DNA of 64,000 bases from Octopus sinensis (GCF_006345805.1 NC_043000.1:28830001-28894000), one strand, 5' to 3'. Positions 1 to 11,773 are shown, counted from the stretch's first letter. Program-made: numbers and translations. The notes: generated from the letters alone by a model not told the origin.

Positions 1-227
1 TGGCTTTGATATATACATACATACATATGTATAGTTGCATGCACATCCCTGCACCATTTTTGTACGTATGTATGTATGTATGTATGTATGTATGTACGTA
101 TGTATGTACATATGTATGCTTGTAGGCATATCTGTATGTTTGTATGTATCTATGTATGCTTCTACGTACGTGTGTATACTAAGATCTTCCTGAGTTGGCT
201 GGTATGCATGCATATATATATATACAC

Positions 228-269
<42 letters not shown>

Positions 270-477
270 TATATATATATACATATACATGTGCTTATGT
301 ATCTATTTATGCACGTATGTATGCCTGTATATATGTATACCTGCATACACATACCTACATGCATATATGTATGCATGTATGTATGTGTGTATGAATGCAT
401 AAATGTATGTATTAAATATGTATGTTTGTATTCATGCATGTTTGTATGTATACACTATGTACACACATTCATATATA

Positions 478-1636
478 TAGGGTTGTCCGGAAAGTTCATA
501 CCAATTTATAGTAGCTTACCTTTCGACTTATTTTAGAACATGGTTGAGTCCATAAAATTGGATTTAACTACACCTCCATTTAGAGCATAGTTTAAGCTAT
601 CTTTTCGTGGAAGAAGGTTTATTTTTCTATAACCTGTGTTAATTCAGTAACCCTTTAAAATGAAAGATAAGGAAGTTAATTTTCGGCATTGATGCCTCAA
701 AAGCAACCAACGAAATATGCGCAGTTTACAGTGATCCACTACAGATAATGACCAAATCAAGTCATTAATTGAGAATAGCCCACATTGCACAACCCGAGAA
801 TTGGCAGAAAGCCTCAGCCTATCAAAATCTGTCGTTCATGAGCACCTGGTCAAGCTTGGGTGCACAAATCACTACGATGTTTAGGTACCACATGAGTTGA
901 GTGAGAAGAACCTTTTGGACGGCATTTCCATCTGTGATTCGCTTTATAAACGGAATGAAAACGCATCTTTTTTAAAGCAAATTCTGACAGGTGATGAGAA
1001 ATGGATTATCTACCGAAATTTCAGAGAAAGCGATCCTGGACTAAGCAACATGAGCCACCCTTAGCCACCCCAAAAGCGGGTCTTCACCCTAAAAAAGTCT
1101 GAATTTGTGTTTGGAGGGATTGGAAAGGAATTCTGTACTATGAGCTTCTCCCAAGTATCCAAACAATTAATTCTGAGAAATAGTGCACACAACTGGACGA
1201 GTTAAAAGCAGCAATTTAGAGAAACGTCCAGAATTGGCTAACAGGAAGGCTGTTGTTTTCCAACATGATAATGCAAGACCGCACGTTTCTTTGGGAACCA
1301 AACAAAAATTGCTGCAGCTCGGCTGAGATGTGTTACTCCACCCTCCATATTCACCAGATATTGCACCTTCGGATTTCCACTTATTCAGGACTCTGCAGAA
1401 TAGTCTTAATGATAAAAATTTCAATTCCTTGGATGACGTAAAAAGATACCTCGATGAATTCTTTGCCATGAAACCACCTCAATTCTAGGAAGAGGGTATT
1501 TTCAAGTTAAGGGAAAGATGGAGACGCATTGTGCAACAAAATGATTCATATTTGGTTCATTAAAAATATAATGGCAAGTATTTATTGACCTTTTTCTTTC
1601 CTTTAAAAATCGGCACGAACTTTCCGGACAACCCAA
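478..1636 (+). mobile_element. Mariner (DD34D) DNA transposon, decayed, with both TIRs
   Basis: TIR GGGTTGTCCGGAAAGTTC at 480-497 and its reverse complement ending at 1634, TA-flanked. Translated motifs [20 protein letters not shown] and PYSPDIAPSDFHLF, broken by stops and frameshifts. Confidence 0.93.
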
Positions 1637-2009
1637 TATATATGCGTATATTTACGCATGTATGAATGCATGCATGTCTGTATATATTTCTGTCTCTATG
1701 TAAGTATATATGTATGCATGCCTATGTATGTATCTATCTATCTCTTTATTTATCTATTGAACACAATATAGATTCAATGATTATCTGTCAACAGTCATGA
1801 GGACAGAAATATTTTAGAAGATGAAATAGCACGCCGTAGGGTCACTGTGGGTGTGATGGACCTCAAGTTCTTGTCAGAAAATCCGTCCTAGAAAGAGGTG
1901 GATAGGGTTCCTTACGCGTGCGAGGTGACCAATATTCCATTTTCATAACATCAGGTGCTGTTTTCGTTTGTCTAAGTAAATAATTAACTTAATTTATTTA
2001 TACTAGCTT

Positions 2010-2185
2010 CCTCAGTGGGCACGCCGTCGTTCACGACGATGAGCGTTCTAGCTGATCCGAGCAACGGAACAACCTACTCGTGAAATTAACGTGTGAGTGG
2101 CAGAACACTCCACACACGCGCGTACCCTTAACGTAGTTCTCAGGGTGCTTCAGTGTGACGCAGAATGTGACAAGTGTGGCCCATT
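2010..2185 (-). mobile_element. tRNA-derived SINE family C, 3' part
   Basis: Reverse complement of the 3' half of the copy at 50740-51122 (gttaatttcacgag...gtcgtcgt). Confidence 0.8.
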
Positions 2186-2239
2186 GATCAATTTCATCTT
2201 CTGGAATATGTCTGTCCTCATGCACCATTGAAAGATAAT

Positions 2240-2385
2240 CCCTGAACCAATGTTGCGTTCAACTCATTTTTGCCAGCTAGGTAAACTGCTTCTTGTTTAA
2301 TACACAAGGCACCGCCGGAAATTGAACTCACAATCTTACAACTATCGGCCAAACACATTAACCAACAAGCCACGCGCCTTCACGC
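2240..2385 (-). mobile_element. tRNA-derived SINE family E (head gtgaaggcgcgtggc), degenerate
   Basis: A/B-box-like head on the minus strand; related copy at 28320-28565. Confidence 0.6.
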
Positions 2386-2608
2386 ACGCACACACACGCC
2401 CACAAACACATACACATATTATAAATGTATATGTAAGTATATATATGTATGCACATATATATATATATATATCGGCATAATACACACATACGCGTATTTA
2501 CGCACACACACACACACACACATTACTACTAATATTACTACTATTACTAACATACATATTACCTTTACTTGAGTGGTTTTCAACTTGTTGAAGCATTGCC
2601 ACATAATA

Positions 2609-2652
<44 letters not shown>

Positions 2653-2915
2653 CGTGTGCGTGCGTGTCTGCTTCTAAATTAAGCTAATTCGCTTTTAAAA
2701 ATTGATTTATCTAGATTGTACGTTAATCGGGAAACTAGTTTTGTATTGACCACAATAATTAATAAAATAGACTTCATCTATTTCGTTCGCCTTACGTCAT
2801 GTTCCTACGAAGGAGAAAATTCTGTTTGTTTTTATTTTATTTTTATTTTAAAAACAACGGTCATTCAACACGGTGGAGTTCGGCTTTAACTGCTCTTGCA
2901 CCCCCTCTTTATCTT

Positions 2916-2955
<40 letters not shown>

Positions 2956-3048
2956 ACTAAAGGGAAGAGGCGCACTAATCAGACCCAGTATTGCAAGGAA
3001 TAAGAGTCAAAACAACTTAATAGCCAGCAAAAGCTATCGTTATGATAC

Positions 3049-3110
3049 AGCCAGATCATCGATGATTTCGCGTTCTGAAGCTTAAAGCATCTAAACGCTC
3101 ATCAGTGGCT
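3049..3110 (-). ncRNA. Type I hammerhead ribozyme motif, canonical core
   Basis: Minus strand reads agcca CTGATGA gcgtt..aacgc GAAA TCATCGATGA TC tggct: stem I 5 bp, stem II 5 bp, palindromic stem III, AUC cleavage triplet. Confidence 0.85.
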
Positions 3111-3372
3111 CTCACCGCACCTACGGTTAAACACATCTCACCATGTCAGGTTATAAAATTTCCGTTGAGATCGTACGACGATTTCAGAAAGCGTTAAGAG
3201 GCATTAAACATCAGAATGGGAAATCATCGAATATCAGCATGTGTCTGAGACCATAAGGAGCTTTGTCCCTCTCGTCAGATCATTAAGTACTTTTGTTGGT
3301 TATTGAGCCGTTTTGACTCTTATTTCTAGCAATACAGGTGATATCTAGTGCTCTTCTTCACTTTAATGACGT

Positions 3373-3530
3373 ATATATTTTTGCCGCTAGGTTGTAAAAT
3401 TGCTAATTAGTCGCCCATATTATATATATATATATTATATATATATATATATATATATCACACACACAACACGCATATACAATATGGTCGACTAATTGGC
3501 AATTCTACAACCTGACGGCAAAATATGTAT
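3373..3530. mobile_element. MITE-like foldback (~48-bp imperfect inverted repeats around a TA/CA microsatellite spacer)
   Basis: ttttgccgctaggttgtaaaattgctaattagtcgcccatatt versus aatatggtcgactaattggcaattctacaacctgacggcaaaa; TA-flanked. Confidence 0.7.
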
Positions 3531-3537
3531 ATATATC

Positions 3538-3574
<37 letters not shown>

Positions 3575-4039
3575 AGTATATATATATATATATATAATAT
3601 GTGTGTGTGTTGTTGTGTAAATATATATATATATTATTTATATTCATTATATATAATTACATTAAACTATTAGTAGATGAGAACATTAAGCAATATATAG
3701 AGAGAGATTATTTAATGTTCTCAGTTACTAATCATTTCATGCCAAGGAAACACGATAATTTGACAAGTTTATATATTATGCCTGGTATCTCTAAGGAATC
3801 TTTTCATTTCAGTGCACGCAGTTAGTCCTCTTTGAAAATGAGGACGCTAGTGGATGAGAAAATACGAGAAGAAAAGTTAGAAGAAAATTGATGCAAAAAA
3901 AAGTTGAATGATCCTTTTGCCCATATGTGTGTGTGTCTCTGTGTGTGTGTCTGTGTGTCTGTGCGTGTGTGTGTGTGTGTGTGTGTGTGCGTGTGTGTAT
4001 GTATGTGTATATACATACATACATACATACATAATAAAA

Positions 4040-4560
4040 AAGAGTATTGGTAGAACGTTTCAGTGAAAACTTCAATAAAATGTAAGCACAACGGACCTGA
4101 TATAATGATTTGGGACGGAGAAGAGAAACTGTGTATACAGTTGTGAAAATTAACTTCCCAGCGGATGTTAACATAAACCTCAGTGAAAAGAGAGAAAAGA
4201 GAGAAGAGAGATCAGTGAAAAAGAGAATACATACGCTGAACTATTGAGAAATCTGCAGTTACTCTATCCAGATTACAAGTTCAGGTTTATACCTGTAATT
4301 ATTGGGTCGATAGGGGTATGCAGCACACAGCTAAATACCATTCTTGAGAAATTATGCTTCGCAAAATCAGAAAGGAGAAAGATGATTCGAAGACTACAGA
4401 TCCAATCCATCACTGGAACTGTAAAATTCTCTAAAACTTTCCAGAGGTTTATTATTAATGTATATATCATCATGTCTAGAAATGCAAGTATATGCATGAC
4501 AAAATATACATAAAATAGAACCTAAAAATCTGCACGTATACATACATACATACACTAATA
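4040..4560 (+). mobile_element. RLE-type (R4-like) non-LTR retrotransposon 3' fragment in (CATA)n
   Basis: Translates to KHNGPDIMIWD (RLE PD motif) and LRNLQLLYPDYKFRFIPVIIGS...IQSITGTVK; (CATA)n on both sides. Confidence 0.8.
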
Positions 4561-4764
4561 CTGAACAGTGAGAATGAGTGCTCACTAGTGCATTGATAGA
4601 TAAATATTCTTTATTTGCAGGTTAACAAGGCTACCGATGGTTTCATGCAAAAGTAGTCTCTTAATTTTCAAGCCTGCCATATAGCAACGTTGATAAACGT
4701 CTCCATTTTGGGTGGAAGATATATGTATGTATGTATGTATGTATGTATATATACATATATATAT

Positions 4765-5170
4765 AGGCACAGGAGTGGTTGTGTGGTAAGTAGCTTGCTT
4801 ACCAACCACATGGTTCCGGGTTCAGTCCCACTGCGTGGCACCTTGGGCAAGTGTGTTCTACTATAGCTTCGGGCCGACCAATGCCTTGTGAGTGGATTTG
4901 GTAGACGGAAACTGAAAGAAGCCTGCCGTATATATGTATATATATATATATATATCTGTGTATGTGTGTCTATGTTTGTCCCTCTAGCATTGCTTGACAA
5001 CCGATGCTGGTGTGTTTATGTCCCCGTTACTTAGCGGTTCGGCAAAAGAGACCGATAGGATAAGTACTGGGCTTACAAAAAGAATAAGTCTCGGGGTCGA
5101 GTTGCTCGATTAAAGGCGGTGCTCCAGCATGGCTGCAGTCAAATGACTGAAACAAGTAAAAGATTAAAGA
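4765..5170 (+). mobile_element. tRNA-derived CORE-like SINE family A
   Basis: Head with A/B boxes (tggtaag...ggttcagtccc), caccttgggcaagtg core-like motif, internal microsatellite, tail ggcggtgctccagcatggc; more than 10 copies in the window. Confidence 0.9.
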
Positions 5171-5223
<53 letters not shown>

Positions 5224-5224
5224 G

Positions 5225-5268
<44 letters not shown>

Positions 5269-6022
5269 TAAATATATATATATACATATGAATATATATA
5301 TATTTATATATGTGTGTGTGTGCGTAACAGATGTGCATGTGTGCTCATGCGTATATTTGTGTTGTACATATTATATGATACATATATATGTATGTGTATA
5401 TAGATATGCACTGAGGGATCGTCTGCTTTTCTGCGTGTGTGTGACGCGTGTAGTAATAGCATTTTAATGAAAATATATATTCAATACTCTCAGTTGTAGA
5501 AGAACAGTATTCAATTTTGTTTATTCAAATTTATGTCCTACATAGACCCTATTCGCAGTTTCGCCTTCACATTACCATACTTCAAGCGACCGTTTAGCTT
5601 CCCTCACATTATCTCGGCTGGATCCATTAACACTGGTCAGATGTCGCTACAAACAACTTGACTGCAAAACACAAGCCATACAGATGTCCAGATGATCTTA
5701 CGTGGAAAGAGGAGGAAGAAACTTAAGAACTCTGTTTAAATTATCTAAATTATCTGAAGATTGAACAGAACTCATGTGACCAGCATTTATGGTGGTGTGG
5801 TATCATGGCGGAGTTATTGATTTAAAAGAACGTCGCCATTAATTAGGTTGACAACATTTGCTGAATGAAGTTCGTGGCGCTGAAAAAATGCCCGTGTTTT
5901 TGGCAGGTGATTTTATTAATGCGATGCTTCTGTGAACGAATTATATTAATATGAAGGTCACCGGTGTGGTTTGTGTTTCGTAGCCCTAAGACCCAGTTAT
6001 ATGTATGCATTTTTGTATGCTT

Positions 6023-6081
<59 letters not shown>

Positions 6082-6736
6082 CATACATACACAATTATAT
6101 AAATACTTACGCATGTTATAAGTATATATATGAATGTATACATACATACATGATATATATCCGCGAAGAGAGATTTTCTTAAAATTTAAAAGGATTAATT
6201 ATATAGAAATATTAAGGAATAATCCGTTTAAAGGATGTTGCTTTAGTGGCAGTTGACTATATATACGTATAGTTTAGTTTGATATTTATAATTCTTATAA
6301 AGTGTCTTTCTTTTTGCCTTTCGTTATTGATCAATTTCTCCCTTTATTTTGAAATATAGAAACATTTTGAACTTGTCATTTGCACAAATATCTACGTGTT
6401 CACTACATGGAGTATTACTGAGAGAGAATCGTTGTTTTGTTATTTTATATACATATATATATATATATATATACACTCTAAACCCTATGTATTAATTTTG
6501 AATTATATCAGCAGATGTATTCCTCTTTGCGTTGTGGGCATGTGATGCACTAAATAAAGGTTTTTGCTTTATTTTATAATTTATATTGTCATTAATATTT
6601 AGCCACTTCCTATTATTGAACTTCTTCGTTAAACAAATAAAGGTTACACACAAATTTTGAGTGAGTCAACAAATTCATTCCCGTTACAAAATCTAACTTT
6701 ATTTTAGTTGCAAGAACTATATATTTCCGTAGACAT

Positions 6737-6900
6737 GGGCGTAGGCGTGGCTGTGTGATAAGTAGCTTGCTTACCAGCCACATGGTTCCAGGTTTAGTCC
6801 CACTGCGTGGTACCTTGGGCAAGTGTCTTCTACTATAGCCCCGGACCGACCAAAGCCTTGTGGGTGGATTTGGTAGACGGAAACTGAAAAGAAACCCGTC

Positions 6901-6931
<31 letters not shown>

Positions 6932-7176
6932 ATATATATATATATATGTTTGTGTATGTGTGTGTGTGTTTGTGTGTCTGTGTTTGTCCCCCAACATCGC
7001 TTGACAACCGATGTTGGTGTGTTTATGTCCCCGTAACTTAGCGGTTCGGCAAAAGTGACCGATAGAATAAGTACTAGGCTTACAAAGAATAAGTCCTGGG
7101 ATCGATTTGCTCGACTAAAGGCGGTGCTCCAGCATGGCCGCAGTCAAATGACTGAAACAAGTAAAAGAGTAAAAGA
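6737..7176 (+). mobile_element. SINE family A
   Basis: Near-identical to 4765-5170. Confidence 0.9.
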
Positions 7177-7349
7177 TATATGGTTTGAATGATCAGATTG
7201 AAATTTTGTGATATGAGAAAATTAATTCAAATCTTGCGTTAAACAGTGTCTTCTAGCAATAATTTCCGTAAATTCATACAAAAGAAATATCAGCTTGGTT
7301 TTCAACGTAGACTATGCTTTATGGCAAATGTTTAATCAGTAAATATTCT

Positions 7350-7710
7350 TTCCTACTCTAGGCGCAAAGCCAGAAATTTGCGGAGAAGGGGCCAGCCGAT
7401 TAGATCGACATCAGTACGCAACTGGTACTTAATGTATCGACCTCTGCAGAATTTGAACTCACATCGTAAAGACAGACGGAATACCTATTTCTTTACTACC
7501 CACAAGGGGCTAAACACAGCAGGGACAAACAAGGACAGACAGACAGATTAAGTCGATTACATCGACTCCAGTGCGTAACTGGTACGTAGTTTATCATCCG
7601 AAAGGATGAAAGGCAAAGTCGGAGGAATTTGAACTCAGAACGTAGCTGCAGACGAAATACCGCTAAGCATTTCGCCCGGTGTGCTAACGTTTCTGCCACC
7701 TCGCCGCCTT
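7350..7710 (-). mobile_element. tRNA-derived SINE family B with internal tandem unit
   Basis: Reverse complement of ggcggcgag(g)tggcagaaacgttagc...gagttcaaattcc... unit. Confidence 0.85.
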
Positions 7711-8483
7711 GTTTAACTAGTAAATATTATTAGTGGCATTTCATTTAGGGAGATCTCCATATCACAACACCTACCTAGTCGGAAGATATTTTAGCTACAT
7801 TCTACATAAAAGATTCTTTTCTGATATAGGCACACGGTTAACAAATGTCAGAGTAGCTTAATATTTATTTTGATAAGACTTCCATTTCGCGTCTATATTT
7901 CTCATATGTACATAAAGTCAATGGATATAGCTTAGTAGAAGTAGACTGACCAACAATAAAAAAAAAATAATAACAAGCTACAGTTATTTGTCATATGAGA
8001 CGTCGTTGTAGAGCAACAATTATAAACCAGAGAGTTTTTTTTTTCTGTCCGTGAAGAGAAAGACTATAAATCTTTTCAATTTTTCACTTTACAGGAACGG
8101 CTCTGATATAAAACCAAAACAAATTACTTTGCACCACATGACAGACAGAGCAAAGAATGAACGCCATTTACAACATAATTAATATATTATATTCTTAATT
8201 TAGTCTTAATTTTGTAGTGTTGGTGTAATAGGCTGTTACCTTGATTAGCAAAAGTCATCCTGAACAGTTTTTGGAAAATGGTAATACTCATTCTATATTT
8301 AAGAAAAATTATGTACATTATTTATATTATTTACATTCGACGGATATTTGTCACCTTAACCACTACGCCATATGCCCGTGGCATATGGCGTAGTGGTTAA
8401 GGGCGCGGGCTACTAACCCCAAGATTCCCTAGTTCGATCCCAAGTAGTGACCTGAACAACAACAACAACAACAACAATAATAA

Positions 8484-9370
8484 TATAAAACGATGGCATG
8501 ATAAAACGATGGCAAGAAAAACCCCTTCACGGTAAATACTGGACTAAACTAAATGCAAAAAAAATAGACAAAGAAAAATCCCAGCAATGGTTGAGAAGCT
8601 CAGGACTCAAAGCAGAGACAGAGGGATTTTTAATTGCAGCACAAGACCAAAGCCTCCCCACCAGAAATTACCAAAAACATGTAATGAAAAGAAATATAAC
8701 AAGTAACTGCAGAATATGTGGAGATGGACAAGAAACAATAAATCATATTATCTCTGGCTGCCCAGTCCTGGCTAAGAAGGAATATATTCACAGACATGAC
8801 AGAGTTGGAACCTACATACACTGGAAGCTATGCCAACATTATGGAATAACAACAGAAAAAGATGGTATAGGCACACACCAGAAAAAGTCACACAAAACGA
8901 AAAAGCAACCATACTTTGGGATATGCCGATACACACAGATAGAGAAATTAAGGCCAACAGACCAGATATAGTTGTCAGAGATCATGAAGGAAACAAATGC
9001 TTTCTAATTGATATATCAATACCGGCAGATGACAACGTGTCTCTAAAAGAAATGGAGAACTTTCAAAATACAAAGACCTGGAAATGGAGGTAACCAGAAT
9101 GTGGAATCTAAAAACAGAAACAATTCCTATCATAGTAGGTGCATTAGGCATGATAAAAAAATATTCAGACAAATACATAACAAAAACACCAGGACTTACA
9201 AACACATATAACATACAGAAAATTGCACTACTAGGCACTGCACACATCCTACGCAGAACACTTTCTATACAATAACCATCAGAGCATCACAACAAATCAC
9301 AGCACATACCCAAGGCACACAGAGCTGCGCTCGGTAGTGAAGTGAAAGCACGCTATAAAAAATAAAACTA

Positions 9371-9373
<3 letters not shown>
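8484..9373 (+). mobile_element. R4/Dong-like non-LTR retrotransposon 3' fragment (CCHC knuckle + restriction-like endonuclease), frameshifted
   Basis: ORF pieces with PLHGKY, CRICGDGQETINHIISGC, ILWD, RPDIVV...LIDISIP, IPIIVGALG; sits inside an (AAT)n tract. Confidence 0.92.
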
Positions 9374-9413
<40 letters not shown>

Positions 9414-9423
9414 TATAATATAA

Positions 9424-9473
<50 letters not shown>

Positions 9474-9535
9474 TAATAATAATAACATCGAAAAATACCT
9501 TAGGAATGAGAACCCAGGTTCGAAATTTCCCCCAA

Positions 9536-9580
9536 GACACCTGTGAAGGCTGGAGGGTATATCAGCCGAAACGTTGTGTT
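9536..9580 (+). ncRNA. Minimal hammerhead motif of SINE D (A6 deleted in this copy)
   Basis: gacac CTG-TGA a ggctg..cagcc GAAAC GTT gtgtt. Confidence 0.7.
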
Positions 9581-9954
9581 AACAACAAACAAGATGCGGA
9601 TAAATATCCGTCAAATGTAAATAAAGTAAATAATGGTAATACTCATATTTTATAAAACATTCTTTTTCTAGTAGTGTCTCTTTATCAGGTAGATTACATC
9701 CCATTCTACAGTTGCTCAATTACTAACAGGAAATGTCAAATTAGTCAAATAAGCGCTGACACATTAGTCGTTTGTAGCTTATTTAAATATATTTGCATAT
9801 TATTACGGTTCATTTATGCTCAATGTTTTATTTCCAGAGTTGCTTCAGATATTCCTGGCTACATAGACGATCGAGAAGTCGATGGTTAGCAATGAAATAC
9901 ATTTGTTGACAAGTTTACATAAGCCAAACACGGAAAGCTCAATACAATAAATAA

Positions 9955-10090
9955 TAGCAATTATAATAATAATAATAATATAATAATAATAATAATAGTA
10001 ATAATGATGATGATGATGATGATGGTGATGATGATACTGATGATGATGATGATGAGGAGGAGGAGGAGGATACTTAGAATAATAATAATG

Positions 10091-10145
<55 letters not shown>

Positions 10146-10205
10146 GAAGAAGAAGAGAAGAAGAAGAAGAAGAAGAAGAATGATGATGTTAATAATAATG
10201 ATAAC
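9955..10205. repeat. Compound trinucleotide microsatellite (AAT/GAT/GAG/GAA)
   Basis: Direct inspection. Confidence 0.95.
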
Positions 10206-10353
10206 AAAGAGCGATAAAATACATCCAAAACTGAAATAAGTAACCAAGTACAGTGTAAATTGGTACCATATTCGCACCAAATCACCATAAACAGTACCAA
10301 ACTATGTTTGCAGCCCAATTACTGACACCAATAAATAATATAAAAGAAAGGGA

Positions 10354-10432
<79 letters not shown>

Positions 10433-10479
10433 AATTTAAAATTAATAATTAATAATATTAATTACTCTTTTATACTTTT

Positions 10480-10882
10480 ACTCTTTTAATTGTTTCATTC
10501 ATTTGACTGCGGCCATGCTGGAGCACCGCCTTTAGTCTAGCAACTCGACCACAGGACTTATTCTTTGTAAGCCTAGTACTTATTCTATCCGTCTCTGGTG
10601 CCGAACCGCTAGGTTACTGGAACGTAAACACACCAGCATCGGTTGTCAAGCGATGGTGGGGGGACAAACACAGACACACAAACATATACCTACTCACACA
10701 TACACATATATATACACATATATACGACGGGCTTCTTTCAGTTTCCGTCTACCAAATCCACTCACAAGGCTTTGGTTGGCCCAAGGCTATAGTAGAAGCC
10801 ACTTGCCCAAGGTACCATGCAGTGGTACTGAACCCGGAACTATGTGGTCGGTAAGCAAGCTACTTACCGTACAGCCACTCCC
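10480..10882 (-). mobile_element. SINE family A
   Basis: Reverse complement of family A. Confidence 0.9.
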
Positions 10883-11062
10883 TGATCGAATACTCCAGTT
10901 TTCTGCGGTACTTCTCGTAACATACACGTGGGTACAAGTGATAAATATGTATTCACATTCGGTTGTGTAAATTTTGGAAGTGTTGGTTGGATATCTGTTG
11001 CACGATGTCGCTCGATTGTGTGCATGTTTAACCCTAGCACTTTCAAATTTTATAATGAAAAT

Positions 11063-11123
11063 GCTATACTGATGATGGGAAGTAAGTAAGTTGAATACTT
11101 GAATCTCGAAACGCGTCTGTGGC
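11063..11123 (+). ncRNA. Type I hammerhead motif, canonical core
   Basis: gctata CTGATGA t ggga..tctc GAAAC GC GTC tgtggc; stem I 6 bp with G-U pairs. Confidence 0.8.
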
Positions 11124-11201
11124 TAAAAAAAAATTCATACATATATATGTATATATATATATATATATATATAGGAAAAAAGCAACAAGAATGGATTAAA
11201 A

Positions 11202-11289
11202 TCTCGGTACGATCGTTTCGTACGAGGACATCTTTAATAAGCTACAAAAAATGCAGTGAATACAGATGGCTCGTACTCGTCAGCCGAAA
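11202..11289 (-). ncRNA. Type I hammerhead motif, canonical core, long stem II loop
   Basis: Minus strand: tttcgg CTGACGA gtacgag..ctcgtac GAAAC GATC GTA ccgaga. Confidence 0.88.
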
Positions 11290-11310
11290 AAATATCAGAG
11301 AATTCCCTAA

Positions 11311-11369
<59 letters not shown>

Positions 11370-11508
11370 ATAGGGAGATGTACTCGCATAGCAAGATTTA
11401 ATCTGAGATCGTGTGCTGGAATGAAAACAATTGCAGCGTGGAAGGTGTTTCTAAGCCATTTAAGAAACACACAAAAGCCGTTCGATTCATTTCAACATGT
11501 AAGTTTAA

Positions 11509-11555
11509 TTTGTCAAAATATTTTCGTCGCTAAAATCCGCGACCTGTTCACTGAC
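11509..11555 (-). ncRNA. Hammerhead-like motif, G3-C8 core variant (left arm)
   Basis: Minus strand: gtca GTGAACA g gtcgc..gcgac GAAAA TA TTT tgacaaa. Confidence 0.65.
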
Positions 11556-11573
11556 CGTGATGCAGCACGGATT

Positions 11574-11623
11574 TTTGTCAGTGAACATGTCGCGGATTTT
11601 AGCGACGAAAATATTTTGACAAA
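11574..11623 (+). ncRNA. Hammerhead-like motif, G3-C8 core variant (right arm)
   Basis: tttgtca GTGAACA t gtcgc ggatttta gcgac GAAAA TA TTT tgacaaa; stem I 7 bp, stem II 5 bp. Confidence 0.72.
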
Positions 11624-11700
11624 TTAAACTTAAATGTTGAAGTGAATCGAACAGCTTTTGTGTGTTTCTTAAATGGCTTACAAACACCTTCCACGCTGCA

Positions 11701-11773
<73 letters not shown>

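Larger units (their letters stand above)
8306..9640 (+). mobile_element. tRNA-headed SINE family D with 3' hammerhead module, interrupted by a LINE fragment and preceded by an inverted head+tail fragment
   Basis: Head ggcatatggcgtagtggttaa...agttcgatccc at 8380-8445, then (AAC/AAT)n linker, 3' module 9480-9640 containing the HHR. 8354-8402 is a palindrome with 23-bp arms; 8306-8352 is the reverse complement of the tail. Confidence 0.85.
11428..11704. mobile_element. Foldback element (~127-bp arms) made of two head-to-head hammerhead-bearing modules
   Basis: Near-perfect inverted arms caattgcagcg...ttcactgac / gtcagtgaac...cgctgcaattg. Confidence 0.85.

Noticed and set aside
76-536. YI/VC/MYVC-rich ORFs here and throughout (e.g. 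16074-16462, 25010-25722, 46397-46906, 52883-53491)
   Set aside because: Translations of (TA)n, (TG)n and (TATG)n microsatellites; no coding signal.
3230-3282. Second hammerhead in the 2953-3370 module
   Set aside because: CTGACGA and a hairpin are present, but GAAA, stem III and stem I are not recoverable.
5540-5650. CTGACCA ... GAAAC ... GTC on the minus strand
   Set aside because: Core mismatch (C3/C8), non-palindromic stem III and poor stem I.
8380-8450. SINE heads (families A-E) as tRNA genes
   Set aside because: They lack a complete acceptor stem and continue into repeat bodies present in many copies.
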